Assembly: GCA_041650915.1 (NCBI GenBank)
Contig: JBAZKE010000002.1
Location: 144,638-208,637 of the forward strand
Length of the DNA: 64,000 bases
From: Patescibacteria group bacterium
GTDB taxonomy: Bacteria; Patescibacteriota; Patescibacteriia; UBA10025; JAHIVO01
Direction: 5' to 3'
In this document: in pieces, positions 37,230 to 46,413 of the stretch
Position numbering within the stretch: the first letter of the stretch is position 1
Layout of the letters: every line of letters starts with the position of its first letter
The notes under the pieces: generated by a model
Seen by the model: only the letters and a program-made list of their open reading frames with translations
Told to the model about the DNA's origin: nothing
Database searches by the model: none
Made by a program: the position numbers and the translations under genes

Positions 37230-38668
37230 TGCCTATGCGAATTTTCACTGATCAGGAAAAAAAGCTGGCGTTTTACGGGTTCTTGTTTGTGGGGCTCTAT
37301 CTATACTTTTTCTTTTTTTCGCTTGTCGTACTCCGTTGCCTTCCGTTTATCAGGGAGCTGTACCTCGTAAAAATGGTAGCAGTTGAAATGGGCAGGTGGA
37401 CTCCGGCCGTTTTTTTGGTGCTACTCGGCCTCGTATACTATGTGGTGGCAAAAAAATTTAGCTCTCAGCACATCTCCAGGCAGTCGGTTCCGGTCGTGCT
37501 ATTTTTTGCGGTTATTTTTCACCTCCTTCTTTTGCTCAGCTTTCCGACCCTCTCGGCGGACATCACGGGCTACATAGCGCGTTCGACGATTGTGACTGAA
37601 CACCACCAGAATCCGTACCGGGTGACGCCAGACGAGGTTGATCCCTCGCTCTACACAAACTGGAGCGACACAAAGATGGCGTACGGCCCGCTCTGGACGC
37701 TTATCGGCTCCTACACCCGAATTTTTAGTGGCGATCAGGGAGCAAACTTTTTTATTTTCAAGCTCGTGACAGTAGCATTCAGCGCCGGATGTGCCGTACT
37801 CGTATATGGGATTGTCCGCCGCCTCAAGCCGGGGCGCGAGCGGCTCGCGCTGCTCCTGTATCTCTGGAATCCGCTCATCCTTGTCGAAACGGTCGGGAGC
37901 GGCCACAATGACGTCGTGCTCGCCTTCTTCTTGCTCCTTGCCGTTTATTGCGCCGTAAGCGGGCGCCGGCTTCTGTCATTTGTCGCGCTCGCCTTGTCTG
38001 CGCTCGTGAAGTATGTCACGGTCGTTGCGGTACCGTTTTTCCTGCTCCTGTATTGGTGGCAGGGCGGCAAGCGCAGTGAACGTGCCGTTTTTTCACTGAA
38101 GGGCGCATTCATCATGGTCGTGACGGCCGTTGCGGTCGTGTTTCCGTTCTGGGGGGATGGGTTTCTCGAGGGCATTTTTCAGCACTCGCAGTCGCTCGGC
38201 GGCACCTTGCTGTTTGGGGGCATAGCAAATACGCTGGCGTACTTTATCATCGTCATCCTCATGGGTTCCCCATTTGATTCGGCAGCCGTCCACAGCGTAG
38301 TCAGCAATGCAAATGCCGCATTTCTGGCCGTAGCGCTTATGGTACTGTTATCCGTTTACCTGTACCGGCAGAAAAAATCGTATGTTGATTGCATTGCCAT
38401 GCTGCTGCTCGTGCTGTTTGCAATCGCGGTGTTGAGCCCGTTCTTTTTCCAGCCCTGGTACTACGTGTGGGGGCTCGGGCTCCTCATCGTCTGGGGCGCC
38501 GTTGTTCGGGACGGGCGGTACCTGACGCTCGCTGCACTCGCTTCATTCGCAGGTCTGTTTACCTACACAATTTTCAGCATTGTCTCTATACTGATAGGTA
38601 TCGCGCTGTTTACGATGGAGCGGCTCTCGGGGGACGTAAAAGGTTTTTTTAAGCAGCTGCGGGCTTAA
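37229..38668 (+). CDS. DUF2029/GT87-like polytopic membrane protein, paralogue
   Basis: 479 aa, multi-TM. GHNDVVLAFFLLLAV ... KYVTVVAVPFF resembles the preceding gene. 1-nt overlap with the upstream stop. Confidence 0.4.
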   Translation: MPMRIFTDQEKKLAFYGFLFVGLYLYFFFFSLVVLRCLPFIRELYLVKMVAVEMGRWTPAVFLVLLGLVYYVVAKKFSSQHISRQSVPVVLFFAVIFHLLLLLSFPTLSADITGYIARSTIVTEHHQNPYRVTPDEVDPSLYTNWSDTKMAYGPLWTLIGSYTRIFSGDQGANFFIFKLVTVAFSAGCAVLVYGIVRRLKPGRERLALLLYLWNPLILVETVGSGHNDVVLAFFLLLAVYCAVSGRRLLSFVALALSALVKYVTVVAVPFFLLLYWWQGGKRSERAVFSLKGAFIMVVTAVAVVFPFWGDGFLEGIFQHSQSLGGTLLFGGIANTLAYFIIVILMGSPFDSAAVHSVVSNANAAFLAVALMVLLSVYLYRQKKSYVDCIAMLLLVLFAIAVLSPFFFQPWYYVWGLGLLIVWGAVVRDGRYLTLAALASFAGLFTYTIFSIVSILIGIALFTMERLSGDVKGFFKQLRA

Positions 38669-38684
38669 TATTCATTGTTACGGT

Positions 38685-40310
38685 ATGGGCATTGCGGCGT
38701 ATGTGAAGAGTTTCACGAAAGGGGAATGGTGGTTTTTGGTTGCCATCGCCATCGGAGTCATTGCTGTCACCGGTTTGCCATACGTGTACGGCTGCATGAC
38801 AGCCCCCGCGGGGACGGTTTATACCGGCCTGCACCACCTGACCCCTGGCGACACGAATGTTTTCCTGTCGATGATTGAGCAGACTAAACAGGGGGAGAAC
38901 GTTTTCATCAATCTCTATACATCGGAGCCACAGGAGCGGCTCTTTGTGAATCCGCTTTGGCTCTCCGTCGGATGGATCGGCAGGCTGCTCGGGGCTTCAG
39001 GCTTGCTCGCGCTCCACATTGCCCGTTCGCTGCTCATCGCGGGATTTATTTTTGTCGCATACCTCTTCATTGCTTATTTTATTGAGAAGCGGAGCTACCG
39101 CCGCTGGGCGCTCCTTTTGCTCGTTTTTTCATCGGGACTCGGGGTATTTTTTAATCCATTTTTGTTTGATACGAGCAATATCTACGAACACCCGACCGAT
39201 ATCTGGGTCGCTGAGAGCATAACGTTTTTGACGCTGTACCACTCGCCGCACCTCGTCGCTTCACTGATGCTGATTATACTCGTTTTCCTGCTGATGCTTT
39301 TTGCGTTCAGCACAGGCAAGTTCCGCTACAGCGCCGGCGCAGGGGCGGCATGTCTGCTGCTCGTTTGGTTCCACCCGTTCAACGGACCGACTGTATTTGC
39401 GGTGCTCGGGATATACATTTTCGCTTATTCAATAGTAAAGCGAAAAATAGTGTGGTCGTTCGTGCGGCACTACGTTGTTCTCGGTTTGTTTGCCGCGCTT
39501 CCGGTCGCGTACCTGTACTGGCTGTACCGGGCCGACTGGGTAATCCGCAGCTGGTCATCACAGAATATACTTCCGTCGCCGAGCGTCTGGATGTACCTCA
39601 TCGGTTTTGGCGCTGTTCTGCTTTTTGCCATCGTCGGGGCGTGGCGCGTATTGAAAAAACAGGGCTCGAAGCAGCTCTTTATCGTGTGTTGGGCTGCAAC
39701 TTCAGCGGTATTACTCTACGTGCCGGTTGATTTCCAACGGCGGCTGTCGGAAGGCCTGCACGTGCCGCTCGCGCTGCTCGCCTTCCTCGGCATCAGCTAC
39801 GCTGTCGGGCGGTTGCGGGAGACGTACGGCGCGGATACCGCTCGCGTGTACATCCTCATGATGCTCCTCATCGTATTTTTACCGCTGACAAACATACAGA
39901 TACTCGGACAGGATCTGTACATGTATTCCACCAAGAAGACCCTTCCGTACTACCTGTACGAAGGCGAAGTCGAGGCGATGCACTGGCTCCGCGATAACGC
40001 GGCCGAGCGCGAAATCACCTTTTCGAGCTACTATATGGGCAATTTTATTCCGGCGTATTCAGGAAGGATCGTGTGGATCGGGCACGGGCCGCAGACGATC
40101 GACCTTCCCCGAAAAAAAATTGCTTCGGATTGGTTCTGGGAAGCGGATGCCGAGATTTCAGAAAAGCGGCAGTTCCTGTACGATGAGGGGATCAGCTTCG
40201 TTTTCTACGGGCGCAAGGAGGAGGAAATTGGCACGTTTGATCCGGATACCAAGCCATTTCTCGAGCAAGTTTTCCGGAATGAGGATGTATCAATTTATCG
40301 CGTTCAGTAG
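38685..40310 (+). CDS. Polytopic membrane protein with C-terminal extracytoplasmic domain (GT-C-like)
   Basis: 541 aa with an N-terminal multi-TM core and a roughly 150-aa soluble C-terminal domain. Architecture is like ArnT/PMT-type GT-C enzymes. No definitive motif. Confidence 0.35.
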   Translation: MGIAAYVKSFTKGEWWFLVAIAIGVIAVTGLPYVYGCMTAPAGTVYTGLHHLTPGDTNVFLSMIEQTKQGENVFINLYTSEPQERLFVNPLWLSVGWIGRLLGASGLLALHIARSLLIAGFIFVAYLFIAYFIEKRSYRRWALLLLVFSSGLGVFFNPFLFDTSNIYEHPTDIWVAESITFLTLYHSPHLVASLMLIILVFLLMLFAFSTGKFRYSAGAGAACLLLVWFHPFNGPTVFAVLGIYIFAYSIVKRKIVWSFVRHYVVLGLFAALPVAYLYWLYRADWVIRSWSSQNILPSPSVWMYLIGFGAVLLFAIVGAWRVLKKQGSKQLFIVCWAATSAVLLYVPVDFQRRLSEGLHVPLALLAFLGISYAVGRLRETYGADTARVYILMMLLIVFLPLTNIQILGQDLYMYSTKKTLPYYLYEGEVEAMHWLRDNAAEREITFSSYYMGNFIPAYSGRIVWIGHGPQTIDLPRKKIASDWFWEADAEISEKRQFLYDEGISFVFYGRKEEEIGTFDPDTKPFLEQVFRNEDVSIYRVQ

Positions 40311-42331
40311 GAGAGTTCGTACGGTTTTCCGACTTCATCCCTCTCGGTGATTGAAATTGCCGCAGAGCGGATGCCGTTTAGTTGCATGGTTCCGTGTATA
40401 CGGACGATCTGGATGCTGACATGGTAGCTGCTGGCCGAATACTCGCGTGGTATGAGAAACCAGTGGTTTGTTTTTACCGTGCTGCCGTTTTCCCACGAGC
40501 TCGTCGGATACAGTCCGTATCCGAGCTGGTACAGCTTCTCGTATACGTTATTGCCAGAGCCGTCGCGGATGGCGAGCTCGATTTGGTAATCATCAGTAAG
40601 AATTCCATGGACTTGCCAGTAGAGTGCAATTGGCAGGAGTCCGTACGGCGTCGTGCTGCCGTCCTGTTCGATTGGTTCCATGCCGACGAGGCTCAGCGGG
40701 CTGCTGGCGTTATTGGAGGTGCGCCGCACGTTTACAGGAAGCTGTTCAACGGATTCATACAGCGTAACGGCTGGCTGGATGCCGCGGCGGTAGAGGGCGA
40801 TATCGTCAATGATTTTTACTATTCCAAAGCCCCGTTCCTCGATCAGGCGTACGATCCGTTCGCTTCCGGTCGGGTACTGCTCGCTGTATGAGGTGATGGT
40901 TTCGGATTGAATGTTGTATACGATGAAATCACTGAAGTCGATGAGGAGCGTGTCCGCTGTATCCGGTATCGCGTATGGTTCGTCTGAGAATTGTTTTTTC
41001 CCCAGGAATGCATAGTGCAGGGAGTAGAGCTCAGGCCGCTGGGAAAGGTGTGGAAGAAACGAAAAGCTGGACACGACGCGGTCGGCACCATCGATGTGGT
41101 CAATAAATTCGCGGCAGAGGGCGCGGTATTCGCCCGCTGCTCCATTGTGGACCAGTGCCCTGGCAGAACCGATGAGCGGGCTGAACGTTACGAATGAGTA
41201 CAGTATCGCCGCTCCGAGAATGATGTATCCGATCGGCTGTTGCTTTGTAAAGAAACTGGTGAGCTTCCGTTTTTTGTACGCACCGCCGCGGATTGACCCG
41301 AGTCCGGCTGCTGCGGCGATGTAGAGAAATGGCACGATGAGCGCGGCGTAGTGTGTTTGCAGGATGACGGTGCTGCTGACGCCGGTCAAGAAGAGCTGGC
41401 CGGCGGTGAGGGCAACCGGGATTAGGTACCGCAGCTTGAGGATCGGGAGGAAGATAAGCGGCATGAGCAGCCCGACAGCCAGCAGAATGTTGTTGAAGCT
41501 GATAACTTGCTTGAGCACAAGGTGCGGTTTCAGAAAAAAGTTTTTAACGATCTCGCCGGGCGTTTCCCCGAGCCAGGAGTAGAAGCTCAGGAATTTATTG
41601 GAACCCGATACGTTGAAGTAACCCGTGAGCTGCAGGGCAGCAGCGAACCAGAGGATGCCCGCGGCGATCGGGACGAGCGCCCAACGCATCGGCCGCCGGT
41701 CGATGAGCGCGAGTACGCCGAACATCACGACGACGAGCGCGACATCTTCACGTACAAGCAACGACAGCAGAAGGAATGCGGTGAAGGGGATGAAGCGCTT
41801 TTCTGTGTAGAACAAGAATGCGAATACGAGCAGCGGAACGGCGAAGGTGAGTATGTGGAATTCAAAAAAGAGCATGTTGAGCACGAACGGGCACAGCAGG
41901 AATGACACCGCCGCTGCAAGTGACAGCCCAGCCGGGAGCCAGCGGCGTACAATGAGGTAGAGCGGCCACGCGGTGAGTGTAACGGCTGCCGTCTGAAGGA
42001 AGAGCAGCGTCAGCGGAGACTTGACGGCGGCGAAGAAGGGGACGAGTGCGAGGATGAAGAGCTCAAAGTGGTCGCCGAGGTACAGGTGGGGGTGGACGGT
42101 AAATTCGAAGAGCTGGCCGCCTGCCGTGTTGAAAAAAACCTGGCCGTAAATGCCGAGGTCAATCGCGTTGTAGCCGAAGCTGCCGTACTTGTCCATGAGC
42201 GCGAAAAAAATTCCGCACGTCGCCAGTACGATGGCTGCCCAGAGCGCCTTTTTACTGGTGCGGTCGCGGTCGAGGCAGCGCATGAGTTCCAGAACAGCTT
42301 TTTTCATAGGGTAATTGTATCGCATGCGCAC
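40304..42331 (-). CDS. DUF2079 family membrane protein (GT-C-like)
   Basis: YGQVFFNTAGGQLFEFTVHPHLYLGDHFELFILALVPF matches the conserved DUF2079 N-terminal signature. 675 aa with a large C-terminal soluble domain. Confidence 0.6.
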   Translation of the reverse strand: MRMRYNYPMKKAVLELMRCLDRDRTSKKALWAAIVLATCGIFFALMDKYGSFGYNAIDLGIYGQVFFNTAGGQLFEFTVHPHLYLGDHFELFILALVPFFAAVKSPLTLLFLQTAAVTLTAWPLYLIVRRWLPAGLSLAAAVSFLLCPFVLNMLFFEFHILTFAVPLLVFAFLFYTEKRFIPFTAFLLLSLLVREDVALVVVMFGVLALIDRRPMRWALVPIAAGILWFAAALQLTGYFNVSGSNKFLSFYSWLGETPGEIVKNFFLKPHLVLKQVISFNNILLAVGLLMPLIFLPILKLRYLIPVALTAGQLFLTGVSSTVILQTHYAALIVPFLYIAAAAGLGSIRGGAYKKRKLTSFFTKQQPIGYIILGAAILYSFVTFSPLIGSARALVHNGAAGEYRALCREFIDHIDGADRVVSSFSFLPHLSQRPELYSLHYAFLGKKQFSDEPYAIPDTADTLLIDFSDFIVYNIQSETITSYSEQYPTGSERIVRLIEERGFGIVKIIDDIALYRRGIQPAVTLYESVEQLPVNVRRTSNNASSPLSLVGMEPIEQDGSTTPYGLLPIALYWQVHGILTDDYQIELAIRDGSGNNVYEKLYQLGYGLYPTSSWENGSTVKTNHWFLIPREYSASSYHVSIQIVRIHGTMQLNGIRSAAISITERDEVGKPYELSY

Positions 42332-42345
42332 CCGGAAAACAAACC

Positions 42346-42372
42346 CCCCCGTCCGAAACGGACGGGGGGGGA
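42346..42372 (-). terminator. Strong intrinsic terminator hairpin
   Basis: CCCCCCCGTCCG-aaa-CGGACGGGGGGG 12-bp GC stem. On the minus strand it is followed by TTTGTTTTCC, downstream of the pilin-like gene. Confidence 0.6.
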
Positions 42373-42393
42373 GATATGTAGAATTACTTTGCT

Positions 42394-42756
42394 TTATGCA
42401 CCCGTTACGTTCTTAGTTTGCGAGACAACGAATATGACGATTGCCCACGCAAGTAAGATAACGATGAGACCAATGACAGCCGCTGAGATGATTTTTTTTG
42501 CTGAAGCAACTTTCTCTTCGTTACCGCCAGCAGTCATCCACTGGAAGCCGCCAATGAGGATCATGATAACAGCTACGAGTCCGAGGAATCCGAGTACCCA
42601 CTGTACGATATTGATCACGGTTGCCTCGAGGTCAGCGGTACCGAGACCAAAGGTCGGACCGAGATCTCCTGTGCCAACCTGAGCTGCCGCAGCCATAGGG
42701 AGTGCGAGTAGACCGATAGCAAGTAAACCAGTTGTGATTTTTTTCATTGTATTCAC
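42394..42756 (-). CDS. TrbC/VirB2-like (T4SS-pilin-like) small membrane protein, copy 1
   Basis: Signal peptide plus two hydrophobic helices flanking IGGFQWMTAGGNEEKVASAKK, the conserved core of the T4SS_pilin/TrbC family. AAAGGGGGTGAATA SD. Confidence 0.55.
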   Translation of the reverse strand: MNTMKKITTGLLAIGLLALPMAAAAQVGTGDLGPTFGLGTADLEATVINIVQWVLGFLGLVAVIMILIGGFQWMTAGGNEEKVASAKKIISAAVIGLIVILLAWAIVIFVVSQTKNVTGA

Positions 42757-42887
42757 CCCCTTTCCGTAAGGTTGTTACAACTAAATTAAATGATATTTTT
42801 ACTATATATCAGTGCAGTATATGCCCCTTATCGCATTATGTCAAGGGTAACGGCTCTATTATACACTTAAATTAAAAATTTGTCAAA

Positions 42888-43283
42888 TTAGCTGGCAATG
42901 CCCCGAATAACGCCTTCGAAAACGAACTTGAGTACAGAGTAGCTGAGCGTAATGACGAGTATCCCAAGCGTCGCCCAGACGAGTGTATCCTTCGCCTTCT
43001 TGATGAGCGTCGGGTTGCCTGCTGAGATAAGGAATTCGAAACCTCCGAGAATAAACATAAAGAGGGCGAAAATATCAACGCAAGCCAGGCAGAGCTGCAT
43101 CGCGCGGATCATAATAGAGATGAGATCCATGTTTTTCCCGAGGATATTCGGCAGCTTTACACTGCTCGTACTATCATCGCCGCCATCATCCTGCCCCATG
43201 GCAACCGCCGGCAATAGCAACATGCCTGCCGCGAATAGTGCGATGCACAGGGTTACGGAAATGGTAAGGTAATATTTTGCCAT
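42888..43283 (-). CDS. TrbC/VirB2-like small membrane protein, copy 2
   Basis: LGGFEFLISAGNPTLIKKAKD core. Same architecture as copy 1. Acidic stretch after the signal peptide. Confidence 0.5.
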   Translation of the reverse strand: MAKYYLTISVTLCIALFAAGMLLLPAVAMGQDDGGDDSTSSVKLPNILGKNMDLISIMIRAMQLCLACVDIFALFMFILGGFEFLISAGNPTLIKKAKDTLVWATLGILVITLSYSVLKFVFEGVIRGIAS

Positions 43284-43323
43284 AGGGGAAAACTCAATAG
43301 GTTAAGTATAGCACACTCGTTTA

Positions 43324-44094
43324 CTATGGGGTGGAATTACACTGGGCGATATTTTGGCAGGTATTGGCGCTCCACAGGTGGGTAGCGGGAGACCCGAGGC
43401 ACCCGGTCGACGAAGTCACCGGGAAACAGCCATTGCTGCCGTCTTTTGGCACGCAGCACGTGTTGGTGTTTGCATACTGGTCACACGCAGCTGCGTAAAT
43501 ATCACACGAGCGCGCTTCGTGGAAGGCGGCATCAATGCCGGAGCGCGCTTCGTACTCAGCGCATACGGTCTCATTGACGTAGGCGCAGCCAAGATTGGTA
43601 AGCGTGCAGCACCCCTCGATCGGCGTTACGATTTCACCTTCACCGCCGCCCCACCACTCTTTTTGCCAGACATCGTACTCAGGGAAAACGTTTGGGCTGC
43701 CGGTCAGCACGAACACGACGAAATAAGACCACGCCCATGCCATGAAGAGGATGATGATGATGCCGAGCACGATCGAGCCGACCATCTTCTTGCCTTCTTG
43801 GATTTTTGTCGGGTTACCGCCTGCCATGATGAGGTTGAATCCCGCCCAGATCATCATGATCATGGTAATGTACGGAAGCACCTTAAGGCCGACGGATGCA
43901 ACATTCACAAACATCTGGATGAAATCATCCGCATTGCAGTTGCCCTCATCGAGCGCGCAGTCGGGCAGGATCTGGAATCCGCTGTCGTACCGTTCGTATT
44001 CGTACGCGTTTGCGGTACGCGGCGGCAGTGTGGCTGCGCAAGAGACTGAGATCGCTATCGCGAGCAGGATGATGATTTTTTTCCGGTGAGACAT
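43324..44094 (-). CDS. TrbC/VirB2-like membrane protein with Cys-rich C-terminal extension, copy 3
   Basis: WAGFNLIMAGGNPTKIQEGKK core, then a second TM and a roughly 100-aa extension with about 14 Cys (CCTLTNLGCAY...C..C..CC). Confidence 0.5.
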   Translation of the reverse strand: MSHRKKIIILLAIAISVSCAATLPPRTANAYEYERYDSGFQILPDCALDEGNCNADDFIQMFVNVASVGLKVLPYITMIMMIWAGFNLIMAGGNPTKIQEGKKMVGSIVLGIIIILFMAWAWSYFVVFVLTGSPNVFPEYDVWQKEWWGGGEGEIVTPIEGCCTLTNLGCAYVNETVCAEYEARSGIDAAFHEARSCDIYAAACDQYANTNTCCVPKDGSNGCFPVTSSTGCLGSPATHLWSANTCQNIAQCNSTP

Positions 44095-44097
44095 AGG

Positions 44098-45489
44098 CTA
44101 GTATCCCTGTTGGATTTTATTTGCGGCGAGATCGATTGCATCCTTGATTCCGGCGGTGCCCGCTGCAACGGTCTCAACCATGATGCCGAAGTACTCATCG
44201 GCTTCTTCGGGGCTCCGGCCGTGGTACCAGCTCCGTGCGGTGAGCGCCTGCTGTGCGAAGACCGCAAGCTCGGGATCCTGGAGCTGTTCATTGATGACCG
44301 CTCTCAGCGCGCTCACCTGGCCGGTATTGGCAAGGTACGGGCGTACCTGCTGGTTGCTCGCCGCGTACTGGACGAAATTCCACGCGAGCTCGGAGCGCGG
44401 GGACTGCCGGGCTACCGTGTAGAGCCAGTAGTTCGCCACGCTGATCGGGGTTTGCGCATTGACCTGCGGCACCGGCGCGATCGCGTAGTCTATTCCGCTC
44501 GCCTTGGAGCGGATTTCCTCGTCCTGGTACCGGTATCCGAGGAAGAAGGCGAGCCGCCCGTCCGCAAAGGAATCGAGCGCATTCGGCATGGTACTGTTCC
44601 AGGTGTAGACTGATTTGGAGTTTTTTGCAAAGTCCGTATAGAATCTGAGCGCCTCCTGGCCGGGGAAGTATGTTCCATCGCTGCCGGAAGCCGTATTGAA
44701 GTAGACGCCCTTGCCGTCGGACATATTCGTGCCGTTCTGCATCATGAGGAGCGTCACGATATCGCTCGCCCGGGGGATATTGTCATACGTGCCGAGCGCA
44801 GCGCCTGCCCTGATGATATTGTCTTCGGCATCGAGGACTGCGATGCGCGTTACGACTCCGGTGAATTCATCCCACGTCACGGGAGGTTCGGCGACTCTCG
44901 CGTAGCCCAGAAGGGTCCGGTTGTAGTACATTGAGAGAGAGTCCATGGCGAGCGGGAGTGCGTATATCTGGTCGTTGAAAACGACGTCGCCGTATACCAC
45001 GTCGACAAAGTCACTTTTAATCCTCGCGGGGGTGAGTGACGGCTCTGTCGCGGGGGTGATCTCCGTCTGTTCCTGGAAGAGCACCTTTTTTGTCGTATAG
45101 TAGTATACGTTTGTTGCAACCGGCATTGGCGCGATGAATTCATCCGACCGGAATTTGTTTACCCACGAGTGGGGCAGCATGTAGATATCGGGGCCGGTAT
45201 TTTTTGCCCACGCCTTGATGAGCATGTCCTCGTATTCTTCGAACCTGACCTTCACGTAGTTTACCGTTACGTACGGGTGGAGGAATTGGTACCCATCGAT
45301 GATCTCCCGTAAGTCGCTCGTATCATCCCATACGCCCCATACGGTCAGCGTCTGCTTCGCCGGCGGCGTTACCGGATTCTGGAAAAGCATGATGAAAACG
45401 ACGCCGAGTATGACAAGGGCGATGAAGCCGAGCACCATAACGATAAAAAGCTTCGACAGGCCGGTCCTCTTTAAAATTTCCGCAGTCAT
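44098..45489 (-). CDS. ABC transporter extracellular solute-binding protein (family 1, carbohydrate type)
   Basis: N-terminal TM/signal anchor followed by the SBP_bac_1 pattern (LTVWGVWDD...). 463 aa. Confidence 0.75.
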   Translation of the reverse strand: MTAEILKRTGLSKLFIVMVLGFIALVILGVVFIMLFQNPVTPPAKQTLTVWGVWDDTSDLREIIDGYQFLHPYVTVNYVKVRFEEYEDMLIKAWAKNTGPDIYMLPHSWVNKFRSDEFIAPMPVATNVYYYTTKKVLFQEQTEITPATEPSLTPARIKSDFVDVVYGDVVFNDQIYALPLAMDSLSMYYNRTLLGYARVAEPPVTWDEFTGVVTRIAVLDAEDNIIRAGAALGTYDNIPRASDIVTLLMMQNGTNMSDGKGVYFNTASGSDGTYFPGQEALRFYTDFAKNSKSVYTWNSTMPNALDSFADGRLAFFLGYRYQDEEIRSKASGIDYAIAPVPQVNAQTPISVANYWLYTVARQSPRSELAWNFVQYAASNQQVRPYLANTGQVSALRAVINEQLQDPELAVFAQQALTARSWYHGRSPEEADEYFGIMVETVAAGTAGIKDAIDLAANKIQQGY

Positions 45490-46371
45490 CTACGTGCGTT
45501 GTTTAGTGATTGAGCGCAGGTATTGCAGGAGCTCGACTGACAGGTCGTCCCGCATAAGGGCAAAATCAATGTTTGCCTTGAGGTATTCGAGCTTGCTGCC
45601 CGTATCGTAGTATGTGCCGTTTATAATTTCACAGGCGTATACCGGTTCATCTTTCATCAATTTTTGGACGGCATCGACGAGCCAGAGCTCGTTATCTCTG
45701 CCAGGGGCCAGATTGGTGAGGTGCGGCATGATGCCCGGGGTAAAGACATACCCGCCGTGCGTCGCGAGGTTCGAGGGGGCGGATCCGGGTTTCGGTTTTT
45801 CGACAATTGATTTTATTCGAAAAATATTATCCCTGACCGGCGTTACGTCCGCGATGCCGTACTTTGAAACATCCTTTTTATTTGGGATGCGGACGGCGCT
45901 AATGACTGATTTTCCAAACTCTCCGTAGACATCAATGAGCTGCTTGAGCCGCGGCGGGGCGCTGTAAATGAATTCATCGCCCCACAGGACGGCGAATGGC
46001 TCGTCGTCGAGCAGGTGGCTCGCCGAGAGAATGGGCGTCCCGTTGCCGTAGCAGCCTTTTTGCCGCACATAGATAAAATTGGCCATCTCAGCAATGTCCC
46101 TCATCTGCCGCAGGAGCTCTGTTTTTCCGGTTTGCTCCAGTTGCCGCTCGAGCTCGTACGAATGGTCAAAGTGGTCTTCGAGTGACCGTTTTTGCCAACT
46201 CGTAACGATGATAATGTCTTTGATGCCCGACTGTACCGCTTCCTCGACCACGTACTGGATTATCGGCTTGTCGACAATCGGCAGCATTTCTTTCGGCTGT
46301 GCTTTTGTGGCAGGCAGAAAGCGCGTCCCGAAGCCTGCAGCGGGTATGATGACTTTGTGGATTTTTTTCAT
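45490..46371 (-). CDS. galU: UTP--glucose-1-phosphate uridylyltransferase
   Basis: KVIIPAAGFGTRFLPATKAQPKEMLPIVDKPIIQY, the GalU N-terminal signature. Confidence 0.85.
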   Translation of the reverse strand: MKKIHKVIIPAAGFGTRFLPATKAQPKEMLPIVDKPIIQYVVEEAVQSGIKDIIIVTSWQKRSLEDHFDHSYELERQLEQTGKTELLRQMRDIAEMANFIYVRQKGCYGNGTPILSASHLLDDEPFAVLWGDEFIYSAPPRLKQLIDVYGEFGKSVISAVRIPNKKDVSKYGIADVTPVRDNIFRIKSIVEKPKPGSAPSNLATHGGYVFTPGIMPHLTNLAPGRDNELWLVDAVQKLMKDEPVYACEIINGTYYDTGSKLEYLKANIDFALMRDDLSVELLQYLRSITKQRT

Positions 46372-46413
46372 ACGGCCAGTGGGTGTTGTGCGTCTGATTT
46401 TACCATAAAAACG

